A stretch of 64,000 nucleotides of DNA from Euglena gracilis (GCA_039621445.1 CP154954.1:16262140-16326139); one strand, 5' to 3'; numbered from the stretch's first letter, positions 41,639 to 54,722 are shown. Program-made: numbers and translations. Notes: generated from the sequence alone by a model not told the origin.

Positions 41639-43122
41639 GCGGGCGGCTGCGGCGGCCGCGGTGGCAGCGGGCGGCTGGTGCCGCCAGCGAGGGAGGGACA
41701 AGCGAGACCCAGACCCAGACCGGACCAGACCCATACCCACACCCAGACCCAGTCCCCAATCATGCGCACACCTTCGCCACACCACACCCACCCATTTCGC
41801 TGTTTTCTTTCCTTTGTGTTTGCCTTTGGCATGGCTGCGGAACTGGGGGCTGTGGGGTTTGCTCCAGCTGTGACCTTTGTTTTGAGAATCAAAGTTACAA
41901 ACCCACAACTTGCTCGGTTTAGGTTCTTTTCTTCGTGATACAATGCATCTTCTCAATATTGTTTGATGCGGGATTCACGTTTGTTGGTTACTTCAAGTTT
42001 GGCATATGTCATTACATTTTACATTCAGTTGGCTCAGTGATGTTGGCAATGTACTTAATTTGGGACCAGTACAATACAGTTTGTTTTGGACTTATTTCCT
42101 TCTCTCCGATTTGAGGAAGCGGAAAACCGCTTCATCGTTTTCCTGATTGTTTTTGCAGGTTTTCCCTCCTACCCGCTTACGATGGCCCAGTACCTCAAGT
42201 GCGGACTTTGACTACAGGTCTGTATCGTTCTGTGTCTTACATTTGTAAACCATTTGTTGTGGCTGTAATGTCTTCTGGGAAATGTACTAGTTAAACTTAA
42301 TGCCAATGATTACTACTGAGTGCGTGCGGTTCATCACACCCCTCCGGAAATGCTGAACGAATGTATGTTGACATTATTATTCACTGTTTGAAATGCATAC
42401 CCTTCCATCTGATTTGTCCTATAATTTTACCGTTTCTCATTAAAGCGGTTTTCCGCTTCCTTTTCGTTTTTGGAAAATTTTCTTGACTTTGCATTGCTAA
42501 TCCGTTTGGTATGATTCTTCCGGTGTCGATTTCGGTGACATGTGAATGATTTTGAAGCGGAATGTCATTTTTACCGCTTCCTATGTTTTGTATTTATTAT
42601 TTTCCCCCTTTTGCAGAGGGTTTCGCCTTCTTCTGTCTCCGGTGGCAGCCGACATGAGGTGTGTATTTGCACTTTATTGCTGTCTTTGAAATTTCTGTAG
42701 GGTTTTCGTTCATTTAGACTAAATTTCAAAATTTTAGTGCCATTTCAGGTGGTTTTGGGGTTTTCTAAAACTTCGTTACTGCAAGCCAAACGTCCAATCA
42801 GAAATGGCCGAAATCGGTACCTCTTCTAAAACCTTCAAAAAAAAACAGGCCGTTTTTGGAAGCGTTTTTCCGCTTCCTTTTCCGTTTCGAGGGGGTTTAA
42901 ATTTTTGGGCAGTTTATGCCTCCTAAGTAAGAAGCAAGTGGCAAAAAGGGCGTGGTGGGCATGCCAATTTATCCGAGACCAACGTTTTCGCAATTCTCTT
43001 TGGCAGTTTTGGATCAAGAAATTCCACATTTCCAGAATCAGCATGTTTCCAAATTTACAAGAAGCATGTTTTTTGGACCTTTTTGTTGGAAAAACTGTGA
43101 ATAACGGCTCAAAGCTTACACC

Positions 43123-43556
43123 TACCCCCCCCCAATTAGAAGCCCCCCGGGGCTACTATTCGGTCACTCTGCGGAAAACCCGAGGGGGGGGGGGGCTTCT
43201 AATTGGGTACCCTTTGTCTAAAGGAAAAACTTCAGCCGGCGGTCGATCCGGGGATCGAACGGGGTCCAAGTTTAAAAATTTGCAAGACTCATTTTTTCTA
43301 GTTTTTGGGTGGATAGGCCATGTTTCAAGGATACCAGATATCAATTTCGTTCCCAATGTTGACCTTTTTTCATGGAGAATTTTCGAGGTTTTCACCATTT
43401 TTCTGAAAAATTTTCGTCAAATTTCCCCCAGCTTTGCCGGGGGAGGGGGGGGTGGGCTGTTATTTGGATTTTTGGCGGGAAACCTGAGGGGGGGGGGGGC
43501 TTCTATTTGGGGGGGGTTGTTATTTGGGGGGGGGGGGGCTTCTAATTGGGGGGGTT
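43123..43556. mobile_element. MITE-like element with CCCCCCAATTAGAAGCCCC inverted repeats
   Basis: cccccaattagaagcccc near 43130 is inverted at ggggcttctaattggggg near 43535, with internal variants. TSD not resolved. Confidence 0.5.
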
Positions 43557-45751
43557 TATGTTGCCAAATGGCCAAATTTGTGATAATTTCCTCAGTTTCC
43601 TCCAGCAGAAGTGCAACCCCACCCTACTTATAACCCCCCCCGGGGTTATAGGTTCCTGTTTGGTGGTCGGTCCCAAGGGGGGTTGGGGGGGTTATACGTC
43701 AAGGTTTCGTGTGTGGCCAAAAACGGGTCCAAAAATTCCCTCTATTTTTGCACCAGGAGGGTAAAACAAGGGATTTTGGGCAGTTTTATGGTTTTGGCCA
43801 ACTTGGGAGGAATTATTTCCCAGCAGAAGTTGGGGGGGAAATCTAAAAAAGGCCGAGAAATTGCCAATTTTTTGACAATATTTGTAAAATTAAGCAAATT
43901 TGGCAAATTTGCAACAAAATAACAAACAAGAGCACCTGGGTTCCCTTGTGAAAGGTTGTCGGAACTCATTTCACCTTCCATTTCAGGTTTATGCGGAAAA
44001 TTGCGGAAGGGGAAAGAAATTGTTGAAAAATTTCGGAAAATTGCAGATAAATGCGGGAAATTACGGAATTTGTGGAAAAATTGTGGATACCCATTTCCTC
44101 CTGCAAAAATGCAAAAAAAATTGGTGCAAAGCGCCGGAAGGAAAAATTTGACTTTGGGGGGGGGCGGGTACCCCCCCCGCATTCAGTCCGGACCCCCTTG
44201 GCAGGTGGGGAGGTCCGTCCAGGAGGGGGGGGGACACCCCCACCTAAACCACGCCTAAACTACCCACACCTAAACACCCCCACCTAAACTACGCCCTCCT
44301 TCTATCGAACCCTGCCTTGGGGGGTCCGGCGAAACCACCCCCTACACCCCCCCAGGTTGGGTATAGAAAGAATTGTGGGTGGGTCCACTTCTGCTACCGC
44401 TGCTGCCATTCCACAGACTGCTCCCAGTCAGGTCTGGCTTCAGGGTAGGAGAGCCCAATGGCGTGCTGGGTTGCCCACCCGCCGTTCTCTGCTCTGCGGG
44501 AGAGGATATCGTATAACAAGGCCCATGGCAGGATTGCCGGTGAAATGAGCCGCGCATCGGAGGTGGGACATTGCACAGCAGCACCCCACTGAGGTGTAAT
44601 GGGAGTATCGTGCGGCTTTACAGCTCCACAGGGGGGAAAGAGGGAACCCTGGGGGGGGGGTCAAAAGAGGGTGTGACCTTCCTGAAAAGCCTGGATTCCT
44701 TGTTGATACCAGGCAATTGTTACGTGCATTAACACTAATCTCTTAACTGTTCGTTGACACATCTCTCTCTCTCTGCCTGTTTGTTAGTTTGTTTACAGGT
44801 TTTTCTGTCTGGTTGGCTGTCTGTCAGTATGTGTGAAGGTCAGGGGCCCATTCACTTAGACTCGTTCACTAGGCTCGAAAAAAAATGCAAAAAAAAAACG
44901 ACAAACAAGCGCTAAATTGAAAACAAATAAAAAACTGCAGTATGCCCAGAAAGGAAATTGCATCCCCAGAAATGTAAAAAAAAATGCACAAGGGAGAGAA
45001 ATTGATCGAAAGATAACTGCAAAGCGAAGCAAAGAAAAAAGAATGTCAATTGTGAAAGGAAAAAGGTGAAAATCACAAAAAAGTGAAAATTCCCTCAAAA
45101 ACTGCTCAAAACTGCACAATCTGTATTTTTTGCAAAAAAATGCAAAAAAAAAAGGTTAAAATGTACAGCACATCCCTCTCCGCTGTCTGTGTGTGTGCCT
45201 GTCTGTGCATCTATTCTCAGGGCGTCGCTCAACAACCCCTGTCAGGGGCAACGCCCCCAAAGCCCTCACCACATCCGGGACGGTGTTGCACGCAGTGAGA
45301 CGCCGCCTCTTCGCCATAGGCACAGCGTGCGTGTGGCGTGGACTCGGTGGCAGCAACCATCCTGTGGCAACAACGGCCAATTCTAACCCAAAAACAAGAC
45401 CCCCTGCCGGTTTTGAGCAAAAATCCAAAACTAGACCCCAAAAAACAATCCCTCGGGATGTTTGGGGGAAATACAAAAATGGACTCCCCAAAAAAACTGT
45501 GAAAATGCCCCCAAAACGGAGTATTTTGGACGTGTTTGATTTTGCCCACCAGTTTTTTGAGGTAATTTTTCGCTCACCAGCAAGAGCCACTCTTTTTTGG
45601 ACTTCTGTTTGGACTCCCCCCCCCCCGCGCAGGAAGGTTTTCTGCTGCCGAAATTTCAGCAAAAATAAACAAATAATACAAAACAGACCCCCCGAAAAAA
45701 GAGCACCCCATTGGGATTTTCAGCAACGGACCAAAAAAGAAGACCCAGGGT

Positions 45752-47150
45752 CTTAGGCAGCCAGAATCGCACTTAAAGGCTTTTTCTTGAGAATGGGCAC
45801 ATTTGGGCAAATTTACAATTTTTATGAAACACATGGACCCTGTACCCTGACACAAGCAAAAAAATTTATGAACTGTTGCAACCCTGTATTGGACGGCTGA
45901 AACTCCAGGTAGTTTGGTACACATGCTGCTTACCGAGTGACGCGGAAAGTGCAGAGGGTGAGATGGGTGCTCTCTGGTGTCAAACAGGTGGGAAGCACAC
46001 ACCCGCTGTTCCGACAATTGGTACTGGTGCTGATGTGGTGCCTGAACTGGCTTGGGCACTGCAGCCGCCTGTAAGGACACACGGTGCAATATTACATCAC
46101 ATACTGCATACTGCGTTCGCCAGCCGTCACGCAACTGATGTGTGTTTGTGCGCGCAAATGCGAGCACAAACAAATTGGGTTTGTGAGCGCATTTGCGCGC
46201 ACACACAACACAAAACGTTGAAGTTAAAACGACACGTCCTTGCGCAAATGCGCCCACAAACAAATTTTATTTGTGGGCGCAAATGCGCGCCAACATCTTG
46301 GGGAAACTGGTATGCAGAACGGTTTGTGCATGGGCGCAGACAAACAGCATGTTCATGTCAAAGGACACTGATGATTACCACAACCCTAGAAGGTTTTCGG
46401 ACGTGATAGGTGTGTTGGTGCGCGCATTTGCGCAAACCAAATTTCTTTGTTGGTGCAAATGCGCGCACGAACATTTAATCATTCACTTCAAAATAGTGCG
46501 TTGTGCGAGTCTTAGCACACACAAACAAAATTTGTTTGTGGGCGCAAATACGTGCACGAACACATATCAGTCGTGCGATACCATCTCCTGGTCTGTGGCG
46601 GTCTGTGACGTGCGAACGCAGTTCCGCACGCCAGCCATTGATTTGCACCACGACTGTGTGGTGATGAAATTTGTGGTGTGAAGTAGTGCATAATGTTCAC
46701 TTGAACACGTCATCTGACGTGCGAACATTTGCCTGCCTTAATGTGCGAACATTTGCACTGCTGTTCCCCGGCCCACACGGCCGGACTGTTCGACGCTTTT
46801 TCTGCAACAATACTGCGTTAATTTGGTACCTGAAATACCCGGATGCGTCGGGCCGAAACCCATTTTCTGGTATTCTCCACCGTTTCTCTTGAAACGCACC
46901 AGTTTTGCGCATGGTTTGTGGGTGGTAAGTCCCACCGCTTTCATGCAACCAATCGAGTGGTAAAGGTTCAACACTTCCTGTGCCCAAAGAAACGGGTGTT
47001 TGGGGCTACCTTTCTCCAGCAGTTGGTTGCCATGAACTAGCACCACGCCGTCCCCCCAGTCTCACGCCCTAGTTGTGGGGAATAGCGTGGCCGCTTTGGT
47101 GGGTGCTTTTGCGCTGGGGAGGTCGATGCCAGCCTGTTTTTAGTGTTCTG
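45752..47150 (+). mobile_element. Truncated relative of the CTTAGG-ended element, with a GCGCA-AA-TGCGC palindrome cluster
   Basis: Begins CTTAGGCAGCCAGAATCGCACTTA. About 7 copies of TGTGNGCGCA(AA/TT)TGCGCNCAC at 46145-46560. No right end found. Confidence 0.55.
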
Positions 47151-47329
47151 AAAAATAAAGTTTTTTTCGGGCCTGGGTCAGTCAAGAAAAAAATCCAAAA
47201 ATAAGACCCCCCATAAATAGGAGGTTCCCAGCAACGGACCCAAAGACGGGCATCTTATTTTGGGGATGGGGGGGGAGGTTAGGTCGTTGTAGGTCACTGT
47301 CAGCTCATTGTGTACCCACTGAATCCTTG

Positions 47330-50300
47330 GGTACGGATTGTGCACCGTATGGTGGGCTGCCGCCTTCCTGGGCGACATGGGGGGAGGTAGGCTGGGACCC
47401 ATCAGAGGGGGATCAGAGGCAGGCAGACCCTCACAGCGGCATCAGTTGCCCGTCTGTCAGAGCATCTGCCTGACCGCCATGTACCTCAGGCCATGGGGGT
47501 GCGGTGTGGGAGAGCGACACCTCAGCGATGATAATGCCGGGCTCTGCCGGTGAGACAGTCCCACCCATGCAGTCGCTTAGCTTGAATGAGTGGCAGGCAA
47601 GCACCCATGGTCATCCAGAATCCCAGACCCAGTCATACCCATCACTCACATCCACGCCATGCCAGTCATGTCAGTCACGCCCAGTCATTTCATAGGTATT
47701 TGGTGGCAGGCACGCCTTGGGGAGGTACGATGGACAAGTTCGGGCCAAAAACACAAGCCCCCCCCCCCAAAAAAAGACAAAAGAAGGCCAAGAAACGTCT
47801 TGTCAAAATGGTTGAGAGCATTCCCCAAATCAACAGAACAAAAAAAGCAGTCAGGGTATGCATCAGCAACCTTGCATGTCCCCACATCCCATGGCATGGC
47901 GCAGGGATGGGCGGACGAGTGGCGCCGACGGGCCCGCCGCCCAGTCACCCTGGGGGCCCCCGGTGGGTCGAAATCCACAGTGTGGTGGGCCACAGTCCAG
48001 CAGCCCGGGGGCCGGCGGGGGCTCTGGCGCAGGGAGGGAGCTGGCAGCCCTGTCCTCCGAAGGCGCATGCCTGCAGCGCAACACGCTTACTAACCCCGGG
48101 AGGCACAGCCCAACAACAACGTTCCAGGGATATGTCGCTCACACACGGGGCACTGGAAGCATTTTGTTTGAACGGCAGGGAGAAGGGCTTTCCATACGCG
48201 ATGCCTTCCCGGGGAGAACTAGTGATGAATTCTCAACCCCCCCTTGTCCAACAACCATCATTATTCTCCAACTTTATTTGGCTCAGTTCAGCCACTTTGG
48301 CCACTTTTTTGGCCATTCTTTGGCCACTATTGCCATTCTTTAGTCACCGTTGTCCATTTTTGCCCAGCCTTTGGGAGACTTTGGCCATTTTCACGATATT
48401 CATGCACACTGTGTACAAGCATCCATAAGAAAAATCAGCTTTTGGGAAAATTATTCCATTTTGGTCAATTTTGCCCATTTTGGGTAATTTTTAAACCGTT
48501 TTCGGCAGGGCATCGGCCTTTTTCTTCGACATTTTTGGCATTCTCAGCCATTTCTTGGTGGCTTTTGCCACGTTTGGGGGGGGGGGGGCTGAAAAAAAAT
48601 TCCGAAACTTATGGAATCAACAACGCGTCCAAAAAAAAACACATATTTGACCTGGGGGGGGGTTCGTTGTACAGGCCCAGTTGCTGGGGGGGGGGGTAAA
48701 TGGTTTTTGTCATCCATCAGGCAAAATTCCGAACTATTCTTACAAAACTGATTATTTGTCAGGTGTTCAATTGTCCACATCTATCAATATCGAGCAAACC
48801 TAACTTTGGGGCGCATGGGAAGCCGGTCTCGTCCAAAAAAAAACACTTCTGCTTCTTCCTCTTTCAGATCCTCAACACTGAATCCAGCCAGACCTCCTCT
48901 TCCTCTAAATCCCCCCAGCCAGCCGTGGCTGGCCAGACCTCCTCCTTTTTTGCCAGCCAGCCAGCCGCGGCTAGCCGCGGCTAGCCAGATACCCCAGCTC
49001 CATACTTCGGTGGGTGGGGCCTTTTCCAAACCCCCTTTATCTTCAGTGCAATGGCTCCATTTTCATTTGCACTTTCATCTCTCAGGTTTTTCTCCCTCCA
49101 CCTTAGTCTTCATGCCAAGTGGGATGTCAAGCCCGTGGTCTGTAAAGGTGTGCTATTCCCCATGAATGCAGATTGTGTAGTGCAATTTGGAGTGGTTCTT
49201 GGGTTTTCATAAAGGCATTTTCAAATTTCATAAATTTCATAAATTTTAAATAAAAAAATAATTTCAAAATAAATTTTCATAAATAAAAAAATTCAAAAAT
49301 TACTGTAAGTTACTGTAAGTTACAGCTGTGTAATTTATAAATCTTAAATTACGCAAAATTCACAATGCTAGTCCCAACACGTATGTGCCCAGGCACTGCC
49401 CCGACTCACACAGGGGGCGTTTGGCCGGACCAACCTAGCCGGCTGGCAGACCAACCTAGCCGGCTGGCAGACCAACCGAGCCAGCCAACATGCCGGCTGT
49501 CCAACCGTCCGTCCAGATGAAAGCCACTGTCGCTCCACGAGAGCCGCTGTCACGCTCGCGCCCAGCTATCCAGACCAAACAACACGCACGCCGTACGCAG
49601 TGGCGGCTGGATCAGGAATGAATGTGTACATCGGAGGGGACTAAGTTCGTTCTGCCCAAAGGACGCCCGGGTGGCCTATTGGCTTTAACCCGGAGGGGCG
49701 GACAAAAAAGATACCTGCCGGAGGCACCCCCGCCCAAAAAAACTTGTGGCCATTCGTTCGCCTCGTTGGAAAAATATCGCCAGCAAAAGTGGCCAAAAAC
49801 ATGGCCACCCATCGGTCCAAAACTGGCCACCACAAACCCTCCAAAGCTGACCCATTTGCCAGACTCAAAAACTGAACCCCCCAATTTTTTAGCTTTTTTG
49901 AGCGAGAGAACTTGTTGGACAGGAAAAAAAGAATGCAAGAAACAAAAAAAACAAGTTTCAGAAGAAAACGAGCATCTCAGGACAAAACGTTTCTGGTCAA
50001 AATCTGGCACCATCTGGCCCAAAACTGGCCACCACGTCTGGCCCAAAACTGGCCACCACATCTGGCCCAAAACTGGCCAACACATGTGGCCCAAAACTGG
50101 CCAACACATGTGGCCCAAAACTGGCCACCACCTGTTCAGGGCCACCAATGGTCCCCCACGGCAATGGAGGAGAGGACTGGAAGCCGTAGGGAGACTTGGG
50201 GGTACGACGAGGGGGGAGAGGGCCCCCAGGGTTGGATGGGTCGGGACTTGGGGGCAGTGCTGGACATCACGCTGGCCATGAGACAGGCACAGAATCCAAC

Positions 50301-51490
50301 TCCCTGCCGACCATGAGCCGTCTGTGGTCAAAGCAAGCAGACATTATTTTTGGGCACCTAAAAAATAAAATTTGGCCAAAATGTTGGAAAAAAAACCTTA
50401 AACCCCTGAAAAAACCTTTTACAAATTACTCTGGCAAAATATTTATCTGACCGAGCAAAATTGAAGTCGCAAAATCTCGACAAAAAACAAACAAATAACT
50501 CCGGAAAAAAATTTGGCATCGGGGGAACATTGTCTATCCACTCAAACTCGAAAAAATGAGGGTTTCAACTTTGGGCCCGTCAAATGCCCAGACGACCCTT
50601 GGAAAATAGAACCTTAAAAAATCTTAAAACGCCTCAAAGACAATAAAAAAAATAACTTCAGAGTAACTTAAAAATGTTTGAAAATGTTTGATTTAAAAAA
50701 ACAATGCGTGAAAACAGGGCTCTACATACAACAGGGTGGGCTTCCAGAAAACCCCTGGGACCGTAAGAGGGTGGACAGAGTAGTATCACCATGACCACAT
50801 GACCAGTTTTCAGTCTTGCACATGCAGCGCTGATCTGAAACATTAAATATCAGCATTTTTTTAAAAAATGCCGCTTCAGGCACTGCATGGGCAAAAATCT
50901 TGTCAAAGATCGTGGAAAAAAAATTGGCCCATCCTTTCTGGTGTTCCTGGTCTTTGGATAAAACCGTGCTTCTGGTCATGCATCCCTCAATTGTCACTAC
51001 AGCTGACCGATGGTTTTCAATGCACGAGGGGCAGGGCTTTACGGGAAGACCTGGTGGGGGGGGGTCGGAACGGAGATGGGGGGTGGGTCGACCCCCCTAC
51101 CCACCACCCTGGCTGTTTGGCCGATTCCTGTTCTGCCCTGCCAAAGGGGGGGGGGTCCTTCAGGTGGCTGGGAAGGGTGTTGGCTGGACCCACTGAAGCA
51201 AAGGCAACCTGCCCTACATCTGGGGTGGGGTGGCTTCTGCTCCACTGCCACCCCGCAGCCGAAAATGGGGGCTGTCCCCTGTGCCGAAATACCTCGTCGG
51301 TTTTGGTCACTTTCCCAAAAGAATCGACAAAGTTCCTCGCGTCGTATGAGGAACATGTGTGGCTGCACGGAGCGGGACTTGACGTCGTCAATTCATGTGA
51401 GCACGTGGCAATTGCCAGTCTTGTCATTCAGTGACGCAACCGATTCAAAAGAAATCCCGCTGGCACTCGTGGGTCAGTCCACCCTTTTGG
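47330..51490 (-). pseudogene. Decayed multi-exon gene of unknown function, copy X (interrupted by repeats)
   Basis: Blocks 47330-48130, 50160-50660 and 50700-51480 are homologous to 52157-52960, 53050-53660 and 53670-54135. Conserved minus-strand frames (LAIATCSHELTTS...YDARNFVDSFGKVTKTDE; EPGIIIAEV...HGGQADALTDGQLMP) are bounded by AG/GT. Confidence 0.5.
50015..50132. repeat. 24-bp minisatellite TGGCCCAAAACTGGCCA(C/A)CAC(A/G)T(C/G) x5
   Basis: Seen directly. Confidence 0.92.
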
Positions 51491-52156
51491 ACGCCCGTCC
51501 ACCCTTGAGATTCTTTTTGGATAAAAGCGACGGAAATGCAAACCGGCATCTAAACCGAGCGCTTACATTGGAGATCTCATTCGGGGGGAGGGGCTGAAAG
51601 CTCTATCTGAAACAGAAAAGACAATAGCTCCAATCATCTCCACAGAAGCTACCACGGTGCATACGGGGGTGCACCTGCCCAAGTGCACAGGTGCACAAAA
51701 GGTGTAGCGAGGGAGGGAGGGAGGGAGGGAGGAGGGAGGGGAAAGTCTGGGTATGGGTTGTCAGACTTTTGAGTTGATCACGAGCCAACGTGGACCACAC
51801 ATTGAGGGCCATCGCAAGGGTCCTGGGGCCAGGTTTAGAAACGAGGAAGACCTATTGGCCCTAAACCTTGGAGGACCGAATAAAAAGAGTGCGGCCTTGA
51901 AATGGGGCTGCAGTCCTCAATGTGGACAACTTCCAACTGCTAAAACCCAGAAATGTGCAATTCTGGAAGACTTTCATGGGACATCCAATAAAATGAACAG
52001 AACAATGATTGAAATGGTGAATCAAGAAATGAGCGCTTTCCTTCTTGACTCGCGTCGTTTACTCCGGGAGTTAGACGAAAGCTGAACATCCCCTGCCCCC
52101 CAGACACACACACTGCTGTACAGCAAACTGAACATTGCCAAAGCACCGTCAAAGGA

Positions 52157-54300
52157 GTACGGATTGTGCACCGTATGGTGGGCTGCCGCCTTCCTGGGCG
52201 ACATGGGGGGAGGTAGGCTGGGACCCATCAGAGGGGGATCAGAGGCAGGCAGACCCTCACCGCGGCATCAGTTGCCCGTCTGTCAGAGGATCTGCCTGGC
52301 CGCCATGTACCTCGGGCCGCAGGAGTGCGTGGGAGAGCGGCACGTCAGCGATGATAATGCCGGGCTCTGCCGGTGAGACAGTCCCACCCATGCAATTGCT
52401 TGGCTGGAATGAGTAGCAGGCAAGCACCCACAGTCATCCAGAATCCCAGACCCAGTCATGCCCGCTCACGCCCGGTCATTTCATAGGTGCTTGGTGGCAA
52501 GCACTCACTCGGGAGGTACGCTGGACAAGTCAGGGTTTGGGGGCAAAAATACAAACTCCCCCCCAAAACAAAACCACACAACGCAACGTCAAGAGAAACG
52601 CAGACGCCAGAAACCAGACGCCCTGCCAAAAGGGGTTGATCGGTTTCCCCAAACCAACAGACCAAAAAAAAGCAGTCAGGAGGGGGAGGGCAGGCATAAG
52701 CAACCCTGCACGTCCCCACACCCGGCAGCACGGTGCGGGGACGGGCGGGTGAGCGGCGCCGACGGGCCCGCCGCCCAGTCAGCCCGGGGAGCCCCGGCGA
52801 GCCGCAGTCCGCAGTGCGGGGGGCAGCAGTCCAGCACCCCGGGGGCCAGGGGTGCGGGGGCGGGCAGGGAGCTGGCAGCCCTGTCCTCCAAAGGCGCGGG
52901 CCTGCAGTGTAACGCAGCTACTGACCCCCCCCCGCACAGCAACGTTGGAACGTTCCAAAATAGAATCTCTGTCCAATGTTCAATTATCCACGTCTGCCAA
53001 TGTCAGGCAAAACTTAGAAAAAATCACATGGGAATCCGGCCTCGCAGGCTGGAGGAGAGGACTGGGAGCCGTAGGGGGACTTGGGGGAACGACGAGGGGG
53101 GAGAGGGCCCCCAGGTTTGGACGGGTCGGGACTTGGGAGCAGTGCTGGGCACCACGCTGGCCATGAGACAGCATCCAACTCCCTGCCGACCATGAGCTGT
53201 CTGTGGTCAAAGCAGGCAGTAATTATTTCAGGGCACCTAAAAAAAAAAACCTTAAAAAACCTTAAAACCTTAAAACCTTAAAAAACCAGAAAAATGGCCA
53301 AAATGTTGAAAAAACCCTTAAAACTCCAAAAAAAAAACTCTTAAAAATCATTCTGGCAAAGCTTGTTCCTGACGAGCAAAAACGATGTTGCAAAAACTCG
53401 ACAAAAAAGCAAACCAACTCCGGGAAAAAATGATTTATGGCACCACTCTAACTGGGGAAAATGGGTTTCAACTTTTTTGTTAATTTTGGACCCCATTTGA
53501 TGCCCAGGCGGACCCTAAAAAATATCCTGGGAATCTAAAGAATCCTAAAACACCGAAAACCCCAAAGAAAGAAAATCCGAAGAAAAAAATACTAAAACAA
53601 ACCTGCAAAATGCCGACTTTAAAACCTTTGAAATGTTTCAAAATATTTGACTTAAAAAATAATGCCTGAAAGCAGGGCTTTACCTACAACAGGGTGGGCG
53701 TCCGGTAAACTCCTGGATCCATAAGAGGATGGACAGAGTGTTATGACCATGACCATACAACCACTCTTGCCTGCGCAGCGCTGGTCTGAAAAATTAAATA
53801 TTTGGTGGCTGGAAAGCCCGCTGAATTGAAAGCAACCTGCCCTCCATCTCAGGTAGGGTGAATCTCCTCTGCTGCCACCCCACAGCCAAAAAAAATGGGG
53901 GCTGTGGACGGCACGCACCCTCCCATTGCCCAAATACCTCATCGGTTTCGGCCGCTTTCACAAAAGCATCGACAAACTTTTTTGCATCGTATGGCACACC
54001 CGTGTGGCTGCAAAGAGTGGGAATTGACGTCGTCAATGCATGCGAGAACGTGGCAACTACTGCCAGTTTTATCTTTCGCTGGTGTGACCGATTCAAAAGC
54101 ATTCCCGCTGGCGCTCGTGGGTCCGCCCACCCTTGCAAATTTGTCAGCCAGCAATGCCTCCTGCCACGACGAGAGTATGATGAGCCTGCAAGACGGAGAG
54201 CGGGGGCAGGCCACAATATCGGTCAGCGAAATGTTGCTACCAACCCCTCTGCCGTAGAGTCTCCCGGATGGAATTGGCTTGATGTGGGGTTGAGCCAGGC
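52157..54300 (-). pseudogene. Decayed multi-exon gene of unknown function, copy Y
   Basis: Paralogous to copy X. Exons KLAVVATFSHALTTSIPTLCSHTGVPYDAKKFVDAFVKAAETDE and EPGIIIADVPLSHALLRPEVHGGQADPLTDGQLMPR, then a 43-nt GT-AG intron, then LPPPMSPRKAAAHHTVHNPY. Confidence 0.5.
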
Positions 54301-54720
54301 ATTAGAAGAATGTCGAAACTGAAGGGAAAAAAGCCATCTGCAAATCGTGTAAAAGAAAATCGATTTTGACCAATTTTTGAGCTAGGCAGGACATATCCGA
54401 CGTATCCGATTTTTACCAATTTTCCCCCGTTTGCCCCGTTTTGACCCATGCACTTTGTCTTTGAAGAAAAAATACACTACACTGCAGCCGCCCTTCAGGG
54501 GCTGGACAGGAGGGGGTCCGAGGCTGGGAAAAGACGCTGGCTGGCTGGCTGGCTGGACACACCAGGGTCCAGCAAAAGTTCCCGTGCCTCTCCAGTCAAT
54601 ATCACAAAACCGGGTTTCTTCCCCCCATGTGCATGGTCAAGATTGGATATGAGGCCAGGGGATGAAGGCAACTTCACATGCGCGCGCACACACACACACG
54701 TGCGCACACGTGCATGCACA

Positions 54721-54722
<2 letters not shown>

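Larger units (their letters stand above)
32110..42876. repeat. Dispersed 18-bp palindrome GAAGCGG-(AAAA/TTTT)-CCGCTTC, ~20 copies
   Basis: Copies start at 32110, 32336, 32730, 33050, 33381, 33965, 34242, 34332, 35098, 35888, 36851, 36881, 37710, 38603, 38961, 40201, 40893, 42116, 42442 and 42859. Degenerate copies at ~39271, ~41418 and ~42554. Not seen outside the element. Confidence 0.95.
31969..42927 (+). mobile_element. ~11-kb DNA transposon (Academ-like transposase plus ParB-like cargo gene)
   Basis: Left end CTTAGGCGGCGTAAATTGCCCA vs reverse complement of right end CTTAGGAGGCATAAACTGCCCA (19/22). TAAGA on both flanks (31964-31968, 42928-42932). The interior lacks the G/C-run MITE clutter of the flanks and carries two spliced genes and a private palindrome. 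Confidence 0.85.

Noticed and set aside
32110-42876. Palindromes as rho-independent terminators, REP elements or CRISPR repeats
   Set aside because: No consistent U-tract, irregular long spacing, location in spliceosomal-type introns, and both orientations present.
44458-44593. CWVAHPPFSAL resembling the NPPF motif of DIRS-type Dam methylases
   Set aside because: A 44-codon frame with no other supporting motifs and no neighbouring RT or recombinase.
49622-50281. 219-aa ORF with WPKTGHH repeats
   Set aside because: It is explained by a 24-bp minisatellite inside repeat debris, with no coding bias.
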